NCBI GenBank assembly: GCA_944393745.1
Contig: CALYBD010000002.1
Location: 21,591 to 85,590, forward strand
Reading direction: 5' to 3'
Length of the DNA: 64,000 nt
Source: an uncultured Alphaproteobacteria bacterium
GTDB lineage: Bacteria > Pseudomonadota > Alphaproteobacteria > CAAGCB01 > CAG-977
This document shows, piece by piece, positions 8,015 through 17,872 of this stretch (position 1 is the stretch's first letter; each line of letters opens with the position of its first letter). The notes beneath the pieces were generated by a model, which saw only the letters and a program-made list of their open reading frames with translations, was not told the DNA's origin and ran no database searches. The translations under genes and the position numbers were made by a program.

Positions 8015-10453
8015 TTATTTGTTTTTGGGCGGCAGGTAAGCCTGTCTGCGGTATTCCAGATTTTGTTCCAGAAACTGATTTAAACGTTTTTGTACTTTTC
8101 CGTTAATACTGTTTTCCGGATAATGGCCTTTGGCATCACGTTCACCGGCCGGCAGACCTGTCAGAATTTCTATTCCTTCGTCAATCGTGGAAACCGGATA
8201 AATATGGAACATACCGGATTTGCAGGCTTCGACAATATCTTGGCGTAACATCAGATTGACGATGTTTGTTTTCGGGATTAAAACGCCCTGCGTGCCGGTT
8301 AATCCGCGCATACGGCAAATATCAAAGAATCCTTCAATCTTATCGTTAACTCCGCCGATTGCCTGGATCTGTCCGAACTGGTTGACGGATCCCGTTACGG
8401 CCAGGCTTTGTTTTATGGGAACGCCGGACAGCGCGGACAGCAAAGCGTACAATTCCGTTGAAGAAGCCGAATCCCCGTCAATTTCACCGTAAGACTGTTC
8501 GAAAACCAGCGTTGCTTCCATGGACAACGGAGCGTTCTGAGAAAACCGTGACGCCAGGAAACTGGATAAAATTAAAACGCCTTTGGTATGCAAAGGGCCG
8601 CCTAAGTCGACTTCGCGTTCAATATCAATGATTTCGCCCGATCCCATGCGCGCCAGACAGGTAATCCGGCTGGGTTTTCCGAACGATACCTGGCCGAATT
8701 CAAAAACGGCCAGGCCGTTAATCTGTCCGACAACGGCGCCGTCCGTGTCAATCATGACAGAACCGCGTTTGATTTGTTCCGTCATTCTTTCCTGAATCCG
8801 GTCAGAGCGTTTGATCTTGGAAATAATGGCCTGATCAACGTGGCTGCGCGTAATGACCGGAGACTTTCCGTCCGTCAGGGCGCAGTAATTGGCTTCCCGG
8901 ATCAGATCGCTGATGGAAGCGATATGAGCAGTCAGCTTTTGGCTGTCTTCCGCCAGACGCGAAGCATGCTCGATTAAACGGGCAACGGCGTCTTTTTGCA
9001 AAGGACGCAGTTTGTTGCGTCTGGCCTGTGTGGCAATCAATCGGGCATATTTTGATATGTTTTCCTGTGTCTTTGGCATATAAGGAAAGAAATTGGCTTC
9101 GACCTTAAACAATTCCATAAAATCAGGATCGTTTTCCGCCAACATATAATATAGCTCCGGTTCGCCCAGCAGCACGACCTTGACATTCAAAGGAATGGCT
9201 TCCGGTTCCAGAATGGTTGTCATCATTCCGTCGGAAGAAGGCGGATCCATGGTGATTTTTTTAGATCTCAAGGCACGCTTTAAGGCTTCCCATGAGGATG
9301 TCTGATTCATTAAATCCTTTGCTTCGATCACCAAAAATCCGCCGTTGGCTTCGTGCAGTGCGCCGGCCTTGATCATGTTAAAGTCGGTAATTAAAGCGCC
9401 GTACTGCTGCTGACGGTCAATCCGGCCGATCAGATTGGTCAAAATCGGGTGATCCAGAAAAATCAAAGGTGCTCCGTTTCTGTCGGTGTGATCAACCAAG
9501 ACATTGACTTTGTAACGCCGCAGCGCACCGTCCGTTTTTTGTTTCGCCAAAACGGGTATCGGTTGTTCTTCTTCGGCCTGAGGCGGTTGCCCCTGGTCTT
9601 CGTCATCGTCTAAAAACAATTCGACATTTTCAATAATGTCGTCGTACATATTGCGCAGAAATGTCGAGACGCTTTTGTTGCGCCGGTATTTTCTTTTCAG
9701 ATCGTCAATGAGATGTTTGATTGCCAGCGAAGCAAATTTTTCGTTTAACCGTTCGATTTGTTCGCGCTGTTCTTTTTCCCATTTGGGAATGTCGTGTACG
9801 GCGTTTTCCAATTCTTCCTGCGCGGCGTTTAATTCGGCCAGGACTTCCTGTTGTTCTTCTTCGGATAATTTTTCAAAAGCTTCCGGGCTTAAAACATCGC
9901 CGTCTTTGGTCGGCGCGACAACCAGACCGACAGGCATGCGCAGAACGGATACGTTTTTGCCCGTTGTATGTTTTTGAATGTCGTCAAAATATTTTGTTTT
10001 TTGTTCGCGGAAAGCGTCTTCAATGGCTTTCAGCTGGGTTTTGTATTCGTCACCTTCAAACACGGCGGGCAAAGCGACTCTGATTTCGCCGATCAGTTTG
10101 TCCACGGCTTTGGCAAAGACTTTTGCTTTGCCGGCCGGCATGCGAATCGCCGACGGTTTGTACGGCGTTTTGAAGTTGTAAACATAGCACCAGTCATTGG
10201 GTGTTCTGCATTTTTTTGCCGCTTTGCTTAAGATCTGGCGAACCAGAGACGCTTTTCCCGTTCCTTCCGGTCCGATGCAAAACAAATTGTAACCGTAAGA
10301 ATCCACGTTAATGCCAAAGTTAATGGCATTAATTGCCTGTTCCTGACCCAACGGCTGATTTAAATCCTCCAGATCCCGTGTTGTGTCAAAAGACAAAAAG
10401 TCTAAATCGCACGTGCTGTATAATTGTTGGTAAGAAAGAGCCGATACAGTCAT
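8015..10453 (-). CDS. Lon-like ATP-dependent protease (COG1067 family: AAA+ ATPase plus C-terminal Lon S16 proteolytic domain)
   Basis: Walker A CIGPEGTGKASLV. The C-terminal Lon protease domain reads SYGEIDGDSASSTELYALLSALSGVPIKQSLAVTGSVNQFGQIQAIGGVNDKIEGFF, including the catalytic Ser context (GDSAS) and downstream Lys (NDKIEGF). The protein is 812 aa. Confidence 0.8.
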   Translation of the reverse strand: MTVSALSYQQLYSTCDLDFLSFDTTRDLEDLNQPLGQEQAINAINFGINVDSYGYNLFCIGPEGTGKASLVRQILSKAAKKCRTPNDWCYVYNFKTPYKPSAIRMPAGKAKVFAKAVDKLIGEIRVALPAVFEGDEYKTQLKAIEDAFREQKTKYFDDIQKHTTGKNVSVLRMPVGLVVAPTKDGDVLSPEAFEKLSEEEQQEVLAELNAAQEELENAVHDIPKWEKEQREQIERLNEKFASLAIKHLIDDLKRKYRRNKSVSTFLRNMYDDIIENVELFLDDDEDQGQPPQAEEEQPIPVLAKQKTDGALRRYKVNVLVDHTDRNGAPLIFLDHPILTNLIGRIDRQQQYGALITDFNMIKAGALHEANGGFLVIEAKDLMNQTSSWEALKRALRSKKITMDPPSSDGMMTTILEPEAIPLNVKVVLLGEPELYYMLAENDPDFMELFKVEANFFPYMPKTQENISKYARLIATQARRNKLRPLQKDAVARLIEHASRLAEDSQKLTAHIASISDLIREANYCALTDGKSPVITRSHVDQAIISKIKRSDRIQERMTEQIKRGSVMIDTDGAVVGQINGLAVFEFGQVSFGKPSRITCLARMGSGEIIDIEREVDLGGPLHTKGVLILSSFLASRFSQNAPLSMEATLVFEQSYGEIDGDSASSTELYALLSALSGVPIKQSLAVTGSVNQFGQIQAIGGVNDKIEGFFDICRMRGLTGTQGVLIPKTNIVNLMLRQDIVEACKSGMFHIYPVSTIDEGIEILTGLPAGERDAKGHYPENSINGKVQKRLNQFLEQNLEYRRQAYLPPKNK

Positions 10454-10487
10454 TTGGAACCTCTCCTGAATAGATAAAACGAAGCCT

Positions 10488-11372
10488 TTAATCCCCGGCG
10501 CGGCGTTTTAAAATATAAACACTGGTTGCTATGATGATAATCACACCGGCGATAAAATGCAAAGAAAGCGTTTCATGAAAAAAACACCAGCCGATAAAAG
10601 CCGATAAAGGAATCTGTAAATAATCAATCGGCGAAATAACGGTGGCTTTGCCGATCTGATAGGCTCGGATAACGCAATATTGTGCCGCCGTGGCCGTGCC
10701 GGCGATAATCAAAAGGCAAATTCCCGTCCTTAAACCGAATGATGTCCATTGACAATAAGCCGGATACGCCGTCATCAAACTGCAGGCCAGGCCGAAATAC
10801 AGCAGCATGGCCAAATGATTTTCCGTTCGGGACAGCTTTTGAATGTAAATATATGTTACCGCCAGCATAAAAGAAGCCCCCAAAGCGGCGGTTTCCGGAA
10901 AACTGAGCCCCATCGGCCCCGGATTTAAAACCATGACAATACCGATAAATCCGATCAAAGTGGCAACGCCTCTTTTCCAGCCGACGTTTTCTTTAAGCAT
11001 TAAAGCCGCCAACGGAATGGTAAACAGCGGGCGCGTAAAAACAATGGCCGTAGCCGTTGCCAGATGCATATGCGTATAAGCGTAAAAGGTTAAAACAATA
11101 TTCGTTACTCCGAAGATCAGACGGCAGGCGTAATCTTTATAATGGGTTGTTTTCATAACGCTGCAACCGGCCTTTATAATAAACGGCAAAATGATCGCGG
11201 ATTGAAGCAGACTGCGCAGAAAAACGATTTGAACGGATCCCAGTTGTTCACCGGTAAACTTAACCGTGCTGTAAGAAATTTGAAAAAAAAGAACCGACCC
11301 GAGCAGCCATACAGCACCGATAATGTTGGGGTGAATTGCAGAAAAATTAATTTTTTGAAAGATTTTCGGCAT
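10488..11372 (-). CDS. DMT-superfamily (EamA-like) permease, ~10 TM
   Basis: 294 aa polytopic hydrophobic protein with a two-fold EamA-like pattern. Confidence 0.65.
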   Translation of the reverse strand: MPKIFQKINFSAIHPNIIGAVWLLGSVLFFQISYSTVKFTGEQLGSVQIVFLRSLLQSAIILPFIIKAGCSVMKTTHYKDYACRLIFGVTNIVLTFYAYTHMHLATATAIVFTRPLFTIPLAALMLKENVGWKRGVATLIGFIGIVMVLNPGPMGLSFPETAALGASFMLAVTYIYIQKLSRTENHLAMLLYFGLACSLMTAYPAYCQWTSFGLRTGICLLIIAGTATAAQYCVIRAYQIGKATVISPIDYLQIPLSAFIGWCFFHETLSLHFIAGVIIIIATSVYILKRRAGD

Positions 11373-11418
11373 TTAATTTGTTACCTTAAATAAAACACAC
11401 CATTATACGGGGCAGATT

Positions 11419-12759
11419 ATGAATCAATCGTATATATTGACGCGGGAAGTCATAGAAAATTACCGGCTGATCTGCCGGCAGGAACCCCGGAATATTGAAA
11501 ACTGGTTGATTTTGGGACGCTGTCTGGTTGATATCCAACAATATGACGAGGCCGAAGAGGCGCTGACAAAAATTTTCGAAGAAGGTCGCTTTTTTTCGTT
11601 TAAAGAAGGAACTCCCCGATTGCGTTTGACGGCTTTGCTGCATTGGCGGCGCAATCGTTTGTTCTTTGCGCAGGCCTATGCGGATATGGCAATGATTTCC
11701 CTGAATCAGGGAAATCTGGCCGAATCGGAGCGTTTGTTGACAATGGCTCTGGCTGTTTTTGAAAAAGAAAACAACGATTATGAATATGCACGTGCCGCCA
11801 ACCGATTGGGGATGATGTACAGATTGGCCGGTGCTTTTGAAAGTGCGGAAGAGGCGCATTGGCGGGCCAAAAAGCTGGCCGAACGGCATGGTTGGACATT
11901 TGTTTTGGCCGAAACGCTCGGAAATCTGGGCATGGTGTACGAAGGCAAAGAACGATTTGATCTGGCTTTGGATTATCACCGCGAAGCCATGGCTTTGTTT
12001 AACAAGGATAAAAGGTATGGATTTGAATCGGCCTGTATGCAACGGCAGATCGGTTTGTGCTGTCTGCGCCGCGGCAGTCTGCAGGAAGCCTGGGATATAT
12101 TCGGCGAAGCTTTGAATGCGTTTAAAAAGCAAAACGATTTGTTGTTTCAAAGCAGAATCCTAAACGATATGACTTTGGTCTGCCGGGCACAGGGGGACGA
12201 AGAAAAAGCTTTGGCAACGGCGCAAAAAGCCGTTCTGACGGCCTTAAAATCCGGCGACGGATTTGAAACGGCCGCCAATAAGCTGCTGTATGCGGGATTA
12301 AAAGTTGAAAAAAATCCGAACGATCCGGAAATTGAAGAGTTGCTGTTTCCCGCTTTGGCTTTTTTTAAGGAAAAAAATAAAAAAGCGGAAAACGCCAATG
12401 CCGCGGCCATGCTCGGGTTGACTTATCTGCGTCGCGGAGAGTGGGATAAGGCCGAAAGTTTTTTTAAAGATTCCCTGCATATCGAAGAAATGCTGCACCG
12501 CAGTTTAGGGCTGGCTTCCGATTACAGTAATCTGGGATTAATCGCCCAGAAAAAAGGGCAGTTGCAAAGGGCCGCCGAATACTGGCTGAAAGCATCGATT
12601 TTATTTGAAAACAGCGGAGATTCCGCTTCTGCCGAATATTTTAAAAACAAAACGGTGGATATGTTTGAAAGCAAAGGCGATACCGCCGCGGCAGCTTATT
12701 TTAAAAAGCAGGCAAGGCTTATGTCGGGGGCTGAAGAAGCTCTTCCTCAGGCAAAATAG
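11419..12759 (+). CDS. Tetratricopeptide-repeat (TPR) protein
   Basis: Multiple TPR-like W-LG-Y/A-G-A-P repeats (for example LGMMYRLAGAFESAEEAHWRAKKLA, LGMVYEGKERFDLALDYHREAMALF); 446 aa. Confidence 0.7.
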   Translation: MNQSYILTREVIENYRLICRQEPRNIENWLILGRCLVDIQQYDEAEEALTKIFEEGRFFSFKEGTPRLRLTALLHWRRNRLFFAQAYADMAMISLNQGNLAESERLLTMALAVFEKENNDYEYARAANRLGMMYRLAGAFESAEEAHWRAKKLAERHGWTFVLAETLGNLGMVYEGKERFDLALDYHREAMALFNKDKRYGFESACMQRQIGLCCLRRGSLQEAWDIFGEALNAFKKQNDLLFQSRILNDMTLVCRAQGDEEKALATAQKAVLTALKSGDGFETAANKLLYAGLKVEKNPNDPEIEELLFPALAFFKEKNKKAENANAAAMLGLTYLRRGEWDKAESFFKDSLHIEEMLHRSLGLASDYSNLGLIAQKKGQLQRAAEYWLKASILFENSGDSASAEYFKNKTVDMFESKGDTAAAAYFKKQARLMSGAEEALPQAK

Positions 12760-13774
12760 GCTGCAGTTCGTAAAATTCGATTTCTTTGCGCAAAGGAGCA
12801 ATCTTAAAGCTTGCCAATATGGCATTATAATCGGTGCCGATCATGTTTTGTGCCCGAATATCCGATACTTCAATCCCCGGGTGCGTATAAATATGATCCG
12901 TCGGGCGGCGGGCATACAGCGCTTTGTCCGTTCCCGATTCCGTTAATTTCCCCTGCGGTTTCAACCCGGCATGGGATTCCAGATCTTTTAACAGCCAGCT
13001 CCACCCCGAAGCACCGAAATTCCCCATCACAATCACGGGTTCGTCACGGCTGCGGGCAAATTCGGCAAGTTCATATATTTTCTGCTTCGTTCGGGCATAG
13101 GTCTGTTCGTTTGCCCACGGGTTGTCAAACGCGGTCAACAGTAAGGTCAGCTTGCGCGTGCCGATAACACGGGATACCCATAATCCGTCTTCTCCGGCTG
13201 CTTCACCGCGGTCAACGCCGGGCGTCCGGGCAAAAATCAGTTTCATTTTGCCGGTTGTATCCAAAGTCTGATTCTGCAGCTGATAATATCCGATTAAATG
13301 ATCCAGCTGACGATAGATTTTTACGGGAACATTTGTCCATAAAACAAAATCGGCCGATGTGTTTTCCATAACGGTTTGAATTTCGGCCGCTTTGTCCTGC
13401 GCTCCTTTAAGGTTTTGATACAATACGGTAAAAACATAGGAATCTTCGGGTAAAACAGATTTTTTCTGAAATAAATAAGCATGGCAGGCCATCAGAACCA
13501 AATTCAGCACGACCAAAATAAAAAAGATCAAAGTCTTTATCCATTCCCGCTTGAACATACACCACAGGAATAAGAAAAAGCTTAATACAGCAGCCTGAAT
13601 TTTAAATTCCCCGATATAGTCCAGACGCCAATCCAGGCTGCGCCCCAGTGTGCCCAGCAAAGTCAAAACGGGAATTAAAATCAATAATCCCGTGATTAAA
13701 TAGTGTTCCCGTTCTTCGAATTTGCGTTTTGATAGATACCCCATTTTTCGACTCTGCAAAAATAAAACTGGCAT
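12719..13774 (-). CDS. Membrane-anchored endonuclease/exonuclease/phosphatase (EEP) family protein (VanJ-like architecture)
   Basis: N-terminal 3-4 TM helices are followed by an EEP fold. Family motifs include VIVMGNFGASGWSW (canonical GDFN-like), a C-terminal histidine in DHIYTHPGIEV, and SDHRP-like PTDHI. Confidence 0.6.
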   Translation of the reverse strand: MPVLFLQSRKMGYLSKRKFEEREHYLITGLLILIPVLTLLGTLGRSLDWRLDYIGEFKIQAAVLSFFLFLWCMFKREWIKTLIFFILVVLNLVLMACHAYLFQKKSVLPEDSYVFTVLYQNLKGAQDKAAEIQTVMENTSADFVLWTNVPVKIYRQLDHLIGYYQLQNQTLDTTGKMKLIFARTPGVDRGEAAGEDGLWVSRVIGTRKLTLLLTAFDNPWANEQTYARTKQKIYELAEFARSRDEPVIVMGNFGASGWSWLLKDLESHAGLKPQGKLTESGTDKALYARRPTDHIYTHPGIEVSDIRAQNMIGTDYNAILASFKIAPLRKEIEFYELQPILPEEELLQPPT

Positions 13775-13845
13775 ATTGGTGAAAATAAAGATAACCTACT
13801 GTTATTTATTAAATAACGCAACCTTTTATCGGAAAAAGAATAAAA

Positions 13846-15066
13846 ATGCTTTCATCTCCGTTTGATATTCTCGGTCTGGCGGACCGACTGAAAGAAACGG
13901 CAGGAGCTTATCTGCCGGAATACGGCGGTATTTTGGGCGCGGTTGTCTTGTCGATTGTCGTTGTCAGAACCGGAGTGAAGCTTTTTGCCGGAAAACCGGC
14001 GGCATCTGGCATAAATGCCGATACAGCGCCGGAATCGGGCAACAATGCGGATTCGGCCGGCGGCACAGGCGGCGATGAAAAGGAAAAATCGGCCGAAAAA
14101 CAACAGGAACAACAAAAAGAAGAAGAAATGCGCCGAACGCAGGAACAATTAAAAGAATTGTTCGAATTATTTGACGAAGGTAAAGAAAAGCCTCAGGAAT
14201 TGCAAAAAACACAGGAAGAAAAAGAACTGGAAGAACTGGGCCTGGAACGCAGAGATCTGGAAGAATTAAAAGAACAGTATAAAGAATTGGTCGTTCAAAT
14301 TACGGTTTTGATCGAAAAAGGGTTGACCCCGGATCAAACGGCAAAAGCGTTGATCGCACGAACGGTCGAACAAATCCCCGTTATCGAGTTTCAGCCTTTG
14401 ATCGAGGCGATGAACTGTTTTTTGCAAAAAAACGAAAATAGTGAAAAAAATACCGCCGTGATCGGTATGGATCCTTTGTTTGAACAAAAAGCAGCCCTAA
14501 GCGCCTTGAAACGCGGCGATTATGAAACGGCGTTCGATTTTCTGGAACGCCGCGCCGAAGAAGAACTGCACAAAGCCGATTCGACACATCGCAGCGATGT
14601 CCGCGGCAGGTCTTCGGAACAGGCGGCGCGATTTTATCGTGCTCTGGGGGTATTGGCGCGTCCGATTGATCCGGAAAAAAGTTTTGAGGCCTTGAAAAAA
14701 TCACGGAACTGCGATCATAAAAACGGCCTGACGGAAGCGTTGCTGGCACGGGCGTATTATGAAAGCGGAAAAACCAAAAAAGCCGAAAACCTGTTTGAAA
14801 ACGTCGTCTTGAAAAATCAGCAGCAGGATTATGCCGTCCGCTATGCCCAGGAAATGATCCCGCAGATACGTTCCGAACGTACGATGTTGCATGCCCGGCG
14901 TATCCGTGAAGAATATGAACATCGACTGGAAGAAACGGAAGGACGTCAAAAAACAGCGCAGAATATTCCGTTGGCCGCACGTCGGCGGGCAGAAATCAAT
15001 CGTGCCGGTAAACGCTTTGTTGCCGAAGAACTGCGCGAACGCGGTTATGAACGCGATTCCGCATAA
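13846..15066 (+). CDS. Hypothetical N-terminally membrane-anchored coiled-coil protein (Glu/Lys-rich, with a TPR-like C-terminal half)
   Basis: A TM segment GILGAVVLSIVVVRTG is followed by a low-complexity acidic stretch and EELK repeats, then a helical-repeat region. There is no enzymatic motif. The protein is 406 aa. Confidence 0.45.
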   Translation: MLSSPFDILGLADRLKETAGAYLPEYGGILGAVVLSIVVVRTGVKLFAGKPAASGINADTAPESGNNADSAGGTGGDEKEKSAEKQQEQQKEEEMRRTQEQLKELFELFDEGKEKPQELQKTQEEKELEELGLERRDLEELKEQYKELVVQITVLIEKGLTPDQTAKALIARTVEQIPVIEFQPLIEAMNCFLQKNENSEKNTAVIGMDPLFEQKAALSALKRGDYETAFDFLERRAEEELHKADSTHRSDVRGRSSEQAARFYRALGVLARPIDPEKSFEALKKSRNCDHKNGLTEALLARAYYESGKTKKAENLFENVVLKNQQQDYAVRYAQEMIPQIRSERTMLHARRIREEYEHRLEETEGRQKTAQNIPLAARRRAEINRAGKRFVAEELRERGYERDSA

Positions 15067-15172
15067 TTAATTAGGCCGTATCCGTTTTTTCGGTTATGCT
15101 ATGAAAAGCCGTCCTGCGCCTAAAAAGGATTCCTTCTCTCCTCCGTAAATCTTTTAAGGCAAAGGGCGGTGT

Positions 15173-15745
15173 TTATTTAAACACAACGGGACGCCAGTTA
15201 AAGGTAGAGGCCGGTTTCGGGGCAGGCTTTCTTAAAATAAACCGATACAGCCGGACCCACCACGGATTTTTGCGATGCAGCTGTTCCTGATGCGCCAGGA
15301 TAACGTCTTCCAGCTGGGAAAAAGAAACAACATCATTTTCAAAATTGCCGGTAACACAGCCGGTCGTAAAACGATGACAGTTGTTAAAAAAAACGTTGTA
15401 AGGCGTTTTCTGATTGACTTTTTTTTTGGCGCGGCGCGCAATGGCGGCAGAATTTAAAATCTCGTTCGTATTGCCATAGCAGGCAGCGTAAATCCGGTTG
15501 GATTTCGGATTTGTGCCGGGCGGAAAAAAACTCAGCGGGCTTTCAATTCTGATTTCACTGTGTCTGTTTAAACCGACAATCTGACCGTTGCCGATATAAA
15601 CCCCCGTATGTTCCAGTAAAATTCCCAGATCGCATTTTAAAATGCAGCCTTTTTGCGCGCGAACTTCGGGCGATGAATATGTTCTGGCCCGCTTTTTTTT
15701 GAAATTTTTGCGCAGCATATGCAAAAAACGCCGCCGTTTGTTCAT
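15173..15745 (-). CDS. LRAT/NlpC-P60 superfamily (papain-like) domain protein
   Basis: A conserved His region (TGVYIGNGQIVGLNRHSEI) and the NC(E/H) catalytic-Cys motif (FFNNCHRFTTGC) are typical of LRAT-like acyltransferases/hydrolases. The protein is 190 aa. Confidence 0.5.
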   Translation of the reverse strand: MNKRRRFLHMLRKNFKKKRARTYSSPEVRAQKGCILKCDLGILLEHTGVYIGNGQIVGLNRHSEIRIESPLSFFPPGTNPKSNRIYAACYGNTNEILNSAAIARRAKKKVNQKTPYNVFFNNCHRFTTGCVTGNFENDVVSFSQLEDVILAHQEQLHRKNPWWVRLYRFILRKPAPKPASTFNWRPVVFK

Positions 15746-15903
15746 TCCCGTATCCCAGAATTATTAAACAGGGGGTATTCTATCCGATTTTTGTTTTTTT
15801 TAAAGCGATTTTAAAAAAAAACTTCTTTCCGGGAAAAGTTATGTATTATATATACCCAAATAAAGTTTAAAATGCTCTTTTTTCTGACAGGGTAAAAGCA
15901 AAT

Positions 15904-17016
15904 ATGGAAAAATTACCTGTTCCTTTATTGGAATTAAAAAGCGTTACAAAGTTTTTCGGGGCAAATAAAGTTCTGGACGATGTTGACCTGAGCATTAATG
16001 ACGGGGAATTTTTAACGCTTTTAGGGCCGTCGGGGTGCGGCAAAACGACATTGCTGCGTTTAATTGCGGGCTTTGAACGTCCGACAACGGGGAAAGTCAT
16101 TATGAACGGCAAGGAAATATCTCATCTTGCACCGAACCGGCGCGCCGTTAATATGGTTTTTCAGCAGTATGCTTTGTTCCCGCACATGACGGTTTTTGAT
16201 AACGTGGCGTTCGGCCTGAAAATGAAGGGATTGCCAAAAGACGAAATCGAAGTCGAAGTTTTCCGGGCGTTGGAAAAAGTCAAAATGAATATGTTCTATC
16301 TGCGCTATCCTTCCGAATTGTCCAGCGGACAACAACAGCGCGTTGCCATTGCCCGGGCGTTTATCAATAATCCGAAAATTCTGCTGTTGGACGAACCGTT
16401 ATCGGCTTTGGATTACCGGCTGCGTCAGGAAATGCAGATCGAATTAAAGGAATTACAGCGCGATTTGGGAATGACGTTTGTTTATGTCACCCATGATCAG
16501 GAAGAAGCTTTGGCCATGTCTGACCGTGTTGCCGTTTTAAACGAAGGCCTGATTGAACAGGTCGGCACGCCGATTCAGATCTACGAAGAACCCAAAAATA
16601 TGTTTGTCGCCAAATTCGTCGGCGAAATCAATGTGTTTGACGGTATGGTCATCAAGGTCGGAGACAACGATTTTGAAACGATTGTCGAAGGTATGTTCTA
16701 TCGTTTGCGCAAACCGTCGACTTTTGATGTCGTGCGGGGATCTAAAATCAAGGTTCTGCTGCGTCCCGAAGATCTGCTGGTCAGCAAGGTGAACGATCCC
16801 GAAGCCGAAGCACCCGATAATGCTTTGCGCGGCGTGATCAGCTTTTTGGTTTATAAAGGACGTACGGTTGATCTGTGGATTCAGACGGCCGGCGGCAATA
16901 TGGTCATGGCAACGCAGTTTTTTAACGAAGACGATCCCGATATTATTTATGAGGTCAACGATGTCGTGAATGTCAGCTGGATCAAGGACTGGGAGGTTAT
17001 TCTTCCTGATGCTTAA
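15904..17016 (+). CDS. potA: Spermidine/putrescine ABC transporter ATP-binding protein PotA
   Basis: Walker A GPSGCGKTT; ABC signature LSSGQQQRVAIARA; Walker B LLLDEPLSALD; C-terminal TOBE/MOP-like regulatory domain typical of PotA. Confidence 0.9.
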   Translation: MEKLPVPLLELKSVTKFFGANKVLDDVDLSINDGEFLTLLGPSGCGKTTLLRLIAGFERPTTGKVIMNGKEISHLAPNRRAVNMVFQQYALFPHMTVFDNVAFGLKMKGLPKDEIEVEVFRALEKVKMNMFYLRYPSELSSGQQQRVAIARAFINNPKILLLDEPLSALDYRLRQEMQIELKELQRDLGMTFVYVTHDQEEALAMSDRVAVLNEGLIEQVGTPIQIYEEPKNMFVAKFVGEINVFDGMVIKVGDNDFETIVEGMFYRLRKPSTFDVVRGSKIKVLLRPEDLLVSKVNDPEAEAPDNALRGVISFLVYKGRTVDLWIQTAGGNMVMATQFFNEDDPDIIYEVNDVVNVSWIKDWEVILPDA

Positions 17017-17872
17017 ATCAACGGATAATTTCTGCCGCCAGGCTGTGCTGTATTTTATTTTTATCTGGTTCGGAATAATGGTTTTTGCACCGAATCTGCT
17101 GGTTCTGCTGGCCAGTTTTCTGTCCAGGGATCCCGTATGGTATCTGCGTTTGCCTTTAAACCTGCAAAATTATGCCGCATTGTCCGATCCGCAACTGATG
17201 TCGGTGATTCTGAAGTCTTTGAATCTGGCGTTCTGCACGACTTTATTTTGCTTGCTGATCGCTTATCCGTTTACGTATTTTATTGCCCGTTTTGCCAAGG
17301 AATATCGCGCTTTATTTTTAATGCTGATCATTGTTCCGTTCTGGACAAATTCTTTGATCCGCAACTATGCGCTGATTTCGATTTTAAGTGAAAACGGTCT
17401 TTTGAATACTTTTTTGATTAAATGGGGGCTGATTTCTCAGCCGTTAAAGTTGCTGTATACGGATCTGGCCGTGTTTGTCGGTATGGTATATACGCTGTTG
17501 CCGTTTATGATTTTGCCGCTGTATGCGGTTTTGGAAAAGCTGGATTTAAATCTGTTGGAAGCGGCAGAAGACCTGGGAGCAGGGGCGACAGCGGCTTTTT
17601 TCCGGGTAATCGTGCCCATCAGTCTGCCGGGGATTACGGCCGGCTGTATTATGGTGTTTTTGCCGGCGCTGACTTTATTCTATGTTTCGGATATTTTGGG
17701 GGCGGCCGATTCCGCCATCGTCGGCAGTGTCATTCGCGATCAGTTCGTGGTGATCAAAGACTGGCCCGTCGGCGCGGCGATCAATATTGCTTTGACGATT
17801 TTTATGTTGTTCTTGCTGCACCTGTATTATAAAAGCGGCAATTCCGTGGATCAGGAGCAGCCGATATGGTAA
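17009..17872 (+). CDS. potB: Spermidine/putrescine ABC transporter permease PotB
   Basis: 6-TM ABC permease with EAA-like loop (LEAAEDLGAG). The likely start ATG at 17009 overlaps the potA stop; the longer ORF begins at 16970. Confidence 0.85.
   Translation: MLKSTDNFCRQAVLYFIFIWFGIMVFAPNLLVLLASFLSRDPVWYLRLPLNLQNYAALSDPQLMSVILKSLNLAFCTTLFCLLIAYPFTYFIARFAKEYRALFLMLIIVPFWTNSLIRNYALISILSENGLLNTFLIKWGLISQPLKLLYTDLAVFVGMVYTLLPFMILPLYAVLEKLDLNLLEAAEDLGAGATAAFFRVIVPISLPGITAGCIMVFLPALTLFYVSDILGAADSAIVGSVIRDQFVVIKDWPVGAAINIALTIFMLFLLHLYYKSGNSVDQEQPIW

Noticed and set aside
8015-10453. Lon-like protease as BREX BrxL or a defence component
   Set aside because: No other BREX genes (brxA/B/C, pglX/Z) are in the neighbourhood. 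The architecture fits the standalone COG1067 Lon-like family. It is retained only as a low-interest finding.
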